This document shows positions 55,105 to 59,954 of a stretch of 59,954 bases of DNA, piece by piece (positions within the stretch are counted from its first letter, which is position 1; the number at the start of each line of letters is the position of its first letter). Below the pieces are notes generated by a model, which saw only the letters and a program-made list of their open reading frames with translations, ran no database searches and was not told the origin of the DNA. Source of the DNA: Negaprion brevirostris. Its lineage: Eukaryota. Made by a program: the position numbers and the translations under genes. The stretch is from NCBI GenBank assembly GCA_030324005.1, contig JARDVH010000140.1, forward strand, positions 15,262,115 to 15,322,068, read 5' to 3'.

Positions 55105-56922
55105 GACAGTGTGCCACTGTGTTGCCCATATAATGTATTGTGCATATCAATGCCACATTTCCTGCCAGCTACCAGGACACCACCATTCAGTTCTTAATCT
55201 CCCCTTTCTTTCAGTCTGAACATCCAGTTTGAGGACAGCTGCTTGGAGACAATGGTTATTCTCTTCAAACCTGGTTAGTGATACCTCTCAGGAAACAAAG
55301 CACAGATGCAGCATTGTGGTACAATCAGCTCCATGCCTCCACTTGAACCATGACGGAACAGACTTCAAGAACCGTGAAGCAATGCTCTTACTATTGTGAT
55401 AGATGTGGGGATGTCCTGTGGCATAGCTCCTAATGTCTGCTCTTTGCAGCACAACTTTGCCACTTAGAAGAGTGAAGCTATTGAGCCAGCTGCAGAGGAA
55501 GATGTGGCCTGTCGAATTGAATGGGCAGCAGGGAAAAAAAATCACAATGATCAGGAAAACAAGGTCTTCTTATCCTTACAGCAGCTCATCCAGAACACTC
55601 TAGCTGAAAAGATATTACTTCCTGCACCAGACAGCTGTATTATATTTCCTATTTGGAAGCGCTGAAGCTTTCCATATCACAATTGAGTGTGGAGGGGAAG
55701 AGAGAGTGGTGAAGCAGTGGTGGGTGGTGAAGAGCAAGGCATCTCCTAGGAGCATCAGAATATGTAGAAGAGTACTTAAGGCAATACCAGGAGATTGAAC
55801 TAAGGTGAAGCATAGTTAATGACAGTGAAAAAATAGTTTGTTTTTTAAAAATATATGTTGTACAGAATTTGTTTAGTTAGTAATTAATAACCACATTATG
55901 GGATGGAGTTTTGTTGTGGTGGCTGGTAGCTCAAATTAGGAAATCTCCTGACTTGGCAGACTGACTTTGTTTAAAGTGCCACAAATATCTCAAAATGTCT
56001 GCTGTGATGAAGTAAAATAAAGTTTTAATTATGTAATGCAGCCTACTCCATATAAAAAAACCTCCCGTTCAAAGTCCTTCAATTTCAAGTGATTAGTTTC
56101 CTATTAAAAATCTATTCATAACTCTAATTCTTTAATAACCTTTGAGCTCTCAATCTGTCAACTTAGAAACCCCTGAGATAAATGTAGCTAAGCACTAATG
56201 AAGACACCTTTGGGGAATGTCAACAAACGGCAAGTGAAACTACTTGAACAGCTACTTTACCTCTTACTAACACTTGTAGTTTATTTTTAAAAACTTTGGT
56301 CATGACAGTTGAACAGACCTTATCCATCCTTCTACTCCATCAACTTGTGACTCCCACACTGCAGTTAAGAAGGCTTTTGCAACATCTAAAATGGGTCTGT
56401 TTGAACTCAGCATTGACTTCAATTGGACACTTTGGGATTGGATTTCTCTCATGTATAAATGACAACCCCCTCCCTTCCCTTACTAGCACACATTGAATCC
56501 ATTAGAAATGGATGAGGAACTTTGAATCTAGGTCCTGGCTGCCATTTTTAAAACTGCCAAGTTGTTGCGATTCAATGAAAATCTGACCCTTTTGTGTTCA
56601 TCTGAAAGCCCTATTTTTTGTTCGGGTCACTGGACGAAGAAACAGCAGGACAGTAGACATGTTGACTCCAATGAAACTCAAGGACCTCTCACATGATGCC
56701 AATGCCACTTACACATGGCAGCCCCTCAGCAGTCACACTATTTGTGAGACAACAGATATTACAACTTCTTTAAAGCTTGAAAGTCAATAACAGTGTTGTT
56801 CTCAAACTTAATAAGCTGTAAGAGATGGAGGAGCCTTCATGGCCTTAGTAAATGCAGCCCTGAGAGATGATACTATTGGCGCTGGAAACTCCCGAACAGA
56901 GGCTCAAATGATATTTGAATAG

Positions 56923-57121
56923 TGTTACGTTCTCTACTACTGGGGTGTATTCCCATGAATGAACTCCACAGACATCAGGGAATACATATTTATTGCAGGT
57001 CTTACTCACTCCACATTCCAAACTACAACTGCCCTCCTAGGACGGTTCCTGGAAAGATTACCCTGACTTAGGATCACATGATCTGTTCCCTGAAAGGGGT
57101 GACGCCCCAACATGCATAACA
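56923..57121 (-). repeat. 3' LTR of Gypsy element C (199 bp)
   Basis: TGTTA...TAACA inverted termini, minus-strand AATAAA, directly preceded by the PPT AAAAGAGAGGAC. Confidence 0.8.
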
Positions 57122-59954
57122 GTCCTCTCTTTTAAACAACAATCCCTCATAACAGCAACAGCAATCTAATTTACATACAACTACAAACTTGTGTTTTTAC
57201 AAGAATTTCCTGATGTAATGTGATGGATCCACAGAATTATTTACATAATGATACATTTCTTTCTTTTGTTTCTCCACCCGTATGTCCAGACTACACTGAC
57301 GTAATGAAGCTGTCTGAGGGATGATGGTCCTGTGGAGATTGCTTCCTGGGAGCTGGAATCGGCCTTTGGTTCATCTCCAGCTTCTCCCCCGAAGAGTAGT
57401 TCCTGGCAAATACCAGCTTGCCCATCGGGAATGCTCTCGTCTTGGCACGCCTGGCTTGATGGTCCATATCTGTCTTCTAGTTCCTCTCCACCAAACGCTA
57501 TGTCTCATCAGGCCTTAGTAGGTCAAATATCGTATGCAACTGTCACCCAACATCAACGCCACTGGGGAGCATTTAGTTGCTGCATGGGGACTTTTCCTGT
57601 ACACATTTAAGGATTTGTTTAATCTTCGTGTCAATGACCCCTCCACCAATGATGCCTCCATAGAGCTTTTAATAGACTGTACAAAATGCTTCGCTATGCC
57701 ATTCATCTCTGGGTGGTAGGGCGCAGACTGCACATGACAAATTCCATGCAGTTCCCAGTATTCCTCAAAGTCCTGCGATACGAACTGTTCACTGTCACTC
57801 ACAACCTCGCTGCATATCCAAACCTTGCAAACATGTCACTGAGTTTGTCAAAGGTTGTTNNNNNNNNNNNNNNNNNNNNNNNNNNNNNNNNNNNNNNNNN
57901 NNNNNNNNNNNNNNNNNNNNNNNNNNNNNNNNNNNNNNNNNNNNNNNNNNNNNNNNNNNAAAGGTTGTTTCGGAGATAGTTGACTTCATATGTATTCCTT
58001 CCTGCCACTTTTACAGCGCGTTTCTGGCCACCAGTAACATATGACCTTCTACCGGCCTACGTGGACATGTTCCCATGGTCCCTTTCGCCTTTCCCATGGG
58101 TACAAGGGTGCCTTACTGGTTCTGGAACATGATACTCAAGACACCGCTATCTTCTCAATGCTCCAATCCACTTTTGGCTACCACACATAAGTGCAGGCTA
58201 TCTCTTTCATCCACACCACACCTGGATGCTCCTGGTGCAGTTGTTCCAGGACTCTTCTCCTCAAGGAAGGGGGAATGATTACCCGCATGTCCCACAACAA
58301 ATAACCATCCTGCATCAACAATTCCCCCACTGACGGTTTTCATATGGCTTTAGTTCTGGATTCTTCTATCGGTTTATTCTTCCCTTGCAGATGAGATCTA
58401 CCACCCGACTAAGTGTGGGATCCTTCCATATGGCGTTTTTCACCTTAGTTGCTGTAATTGGTACCTTATCATCTTATGAAAAGTACATGATTTTTACAAT
58501 TTTGTCAAGGAAATGGCAGCCTGGATAATACATCAGCATTGCATGTTGATCCAAGTGGTGGTAACGAATCTCATGGGCATGGCCCAATAACATCAATGCC
58601 TACTTCCACATTCAAACTGCAGCCATACATGGAGTCCCGAGTGAGGTCCTAAAATCTTAATCAGTGGTCTACGGTCTGTGCCTGCCAAGCAGATAGTGGT
58701 GAAATTTGGTAACACCAAACACGATGTCTAGTGCTCCTTTTTGACTTGTGCGTAGTTAGAGAGTGTTATTTAGAGACCTAGATGTGAATGCAGTGTGTTT
58801 GTCCTCCCTATTTACCATCAATGGGATAGCATCGCTCCCACATCATACGGTGAGGTATCACAGACCATCTGAAGAGGTAATCTGGGATAAAAATTAACTA
58901 GGGTTCCAGAGCCTTTCAATGCCTTCTGCACTGCCTGGTAAGCCTCCTCACACTCCAGGTCCACTCCCAAGCCTGTCCTTTCAATAACGTATGATGTAGT
59001 GGTTTCATCAATGGTTTCACCAAGTCAGACACAAATTTGCTATAATAACATGAGTTTCAGGAAGGACCTCAACTGGGACAATTTTCAAGTCTCAGCGCCT
59101 TCATACGAACCCCAGCCTTCTCCCTGCTTTATGTAACTCTTCCCTGTAAATATGTCCTAAATATCAGACAGAGTCCCTGAAATATTCACACATCTCTTTC
59201 TTAATCTGCAGTCCATGTTCCTGTAGTCTCTTCAACATCTCTTCTAGGTTTCACAAGTGTTCCTCATCTGGGATATCATCTCGATAACATTGGACCACCT
59301 CCCCGGAAGTGGTTCAAATTCTGGTCCATGACCTTTGAAATATGGCCCGGGCCAATTGCCAAAAGGCAATCATTTATAAGAGAACAACCTTCTTGGGTAA
59401 TGATAATTAATGGTGGCTTTGAGTCTTCGGCCACCTCCAACGGCATATAAGCTTGGGAGAGATACATTTTAGTGCAATTCTGACTGCCAGCAAGGCTGAT
59501 AAACAGGTTTTCGATAAGGGATAATGGATACTGATCAGAACAAAGGCCAGAGTTCACTGTGACTTTAAAATTCCCACACAGCCTCACTGATCCAATGGTG
59601 TTCATGAGTGGAACAATGGCCATGGCCCGCTCGCTCATGGCCACTGGCTCCAACACCTCCAAACCTACTAATTTTTCGAATTCAACCTCCACCTTGGGTC
59701 TGATCACGTAAAGCACTGGAAATGGTTTCATGTTCTTTGGGAAAGCACCTGGCTTCTGCCGTAGGCTCATTTTCCCTCCCTTCATCTTTACAAGGGTTTC
59801 ACTGAACACGCTGTATCTCTCCAAAATATTGTTCCGGTTCGAATGAGACTCCATTAATCTGTTCACCGCCTCCCAATTCAATTTCAGTTGTTTCAGCGAG
59901 AATTGTCCAAACAACGTGGGGTAGTCACCCTTAATGATATGCAAAGGTAAATGC
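57122..59954 (-). mobile_element. Third decayed Gypsy pol (C), runs off the right edge
   Basis: RT (SVRLCGNFKVTVN, DQYPL), RNaseH, integrase (SAPYHPEMNGIAKHFVQSIK); multiple stops and frameshifts. Confidence 0.88.

Noticed and set aside
55200-55640. GC-richer segment with a short ORF
   Set aside because: No recognisable motif or splice pattern; probably old TE debris, and I cannot support a call.

Overview
Vertebrate genomic DNA, most likely from a shark (inferred from HE1/V-SINE-like SINEs, CR1 LINEs and the MITE types present), from a draft assembly with many N gaps. The only host gene I can support is a minus-strand segment of a gp210 nucleoporin gene. It has 19 consecutive internal coding exons (54326 down to 2945, about 897 codons) with canonical GT-AG boundaries and matching phases. 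The protein is more NUP210L-like than NUP210-like, based on my recall of the human sequences. Both gene ends lie outside the window. The introns are mostly decayed transposons: three Gypsy internal regions, solo or remnant LTRs, two PIF/Harbinger transposase fossils (one with its Myb/SANT partner ORF), many Harbinger-type MITEs, tRNA-derived SINEs and CR1/L2/Rex-Babar LINE fragments. Almost all short ORFs in the supplied track are spurious or TE debris. I found no convincing novel multi-gene system. The best leads are the mosaic NUP210L-like gene, a false gap inside one exon, an intronic pre-miRNA-sized hairpin and several local duplications. Exon coordinates were derived by hand; repeat boundaries are approximate.
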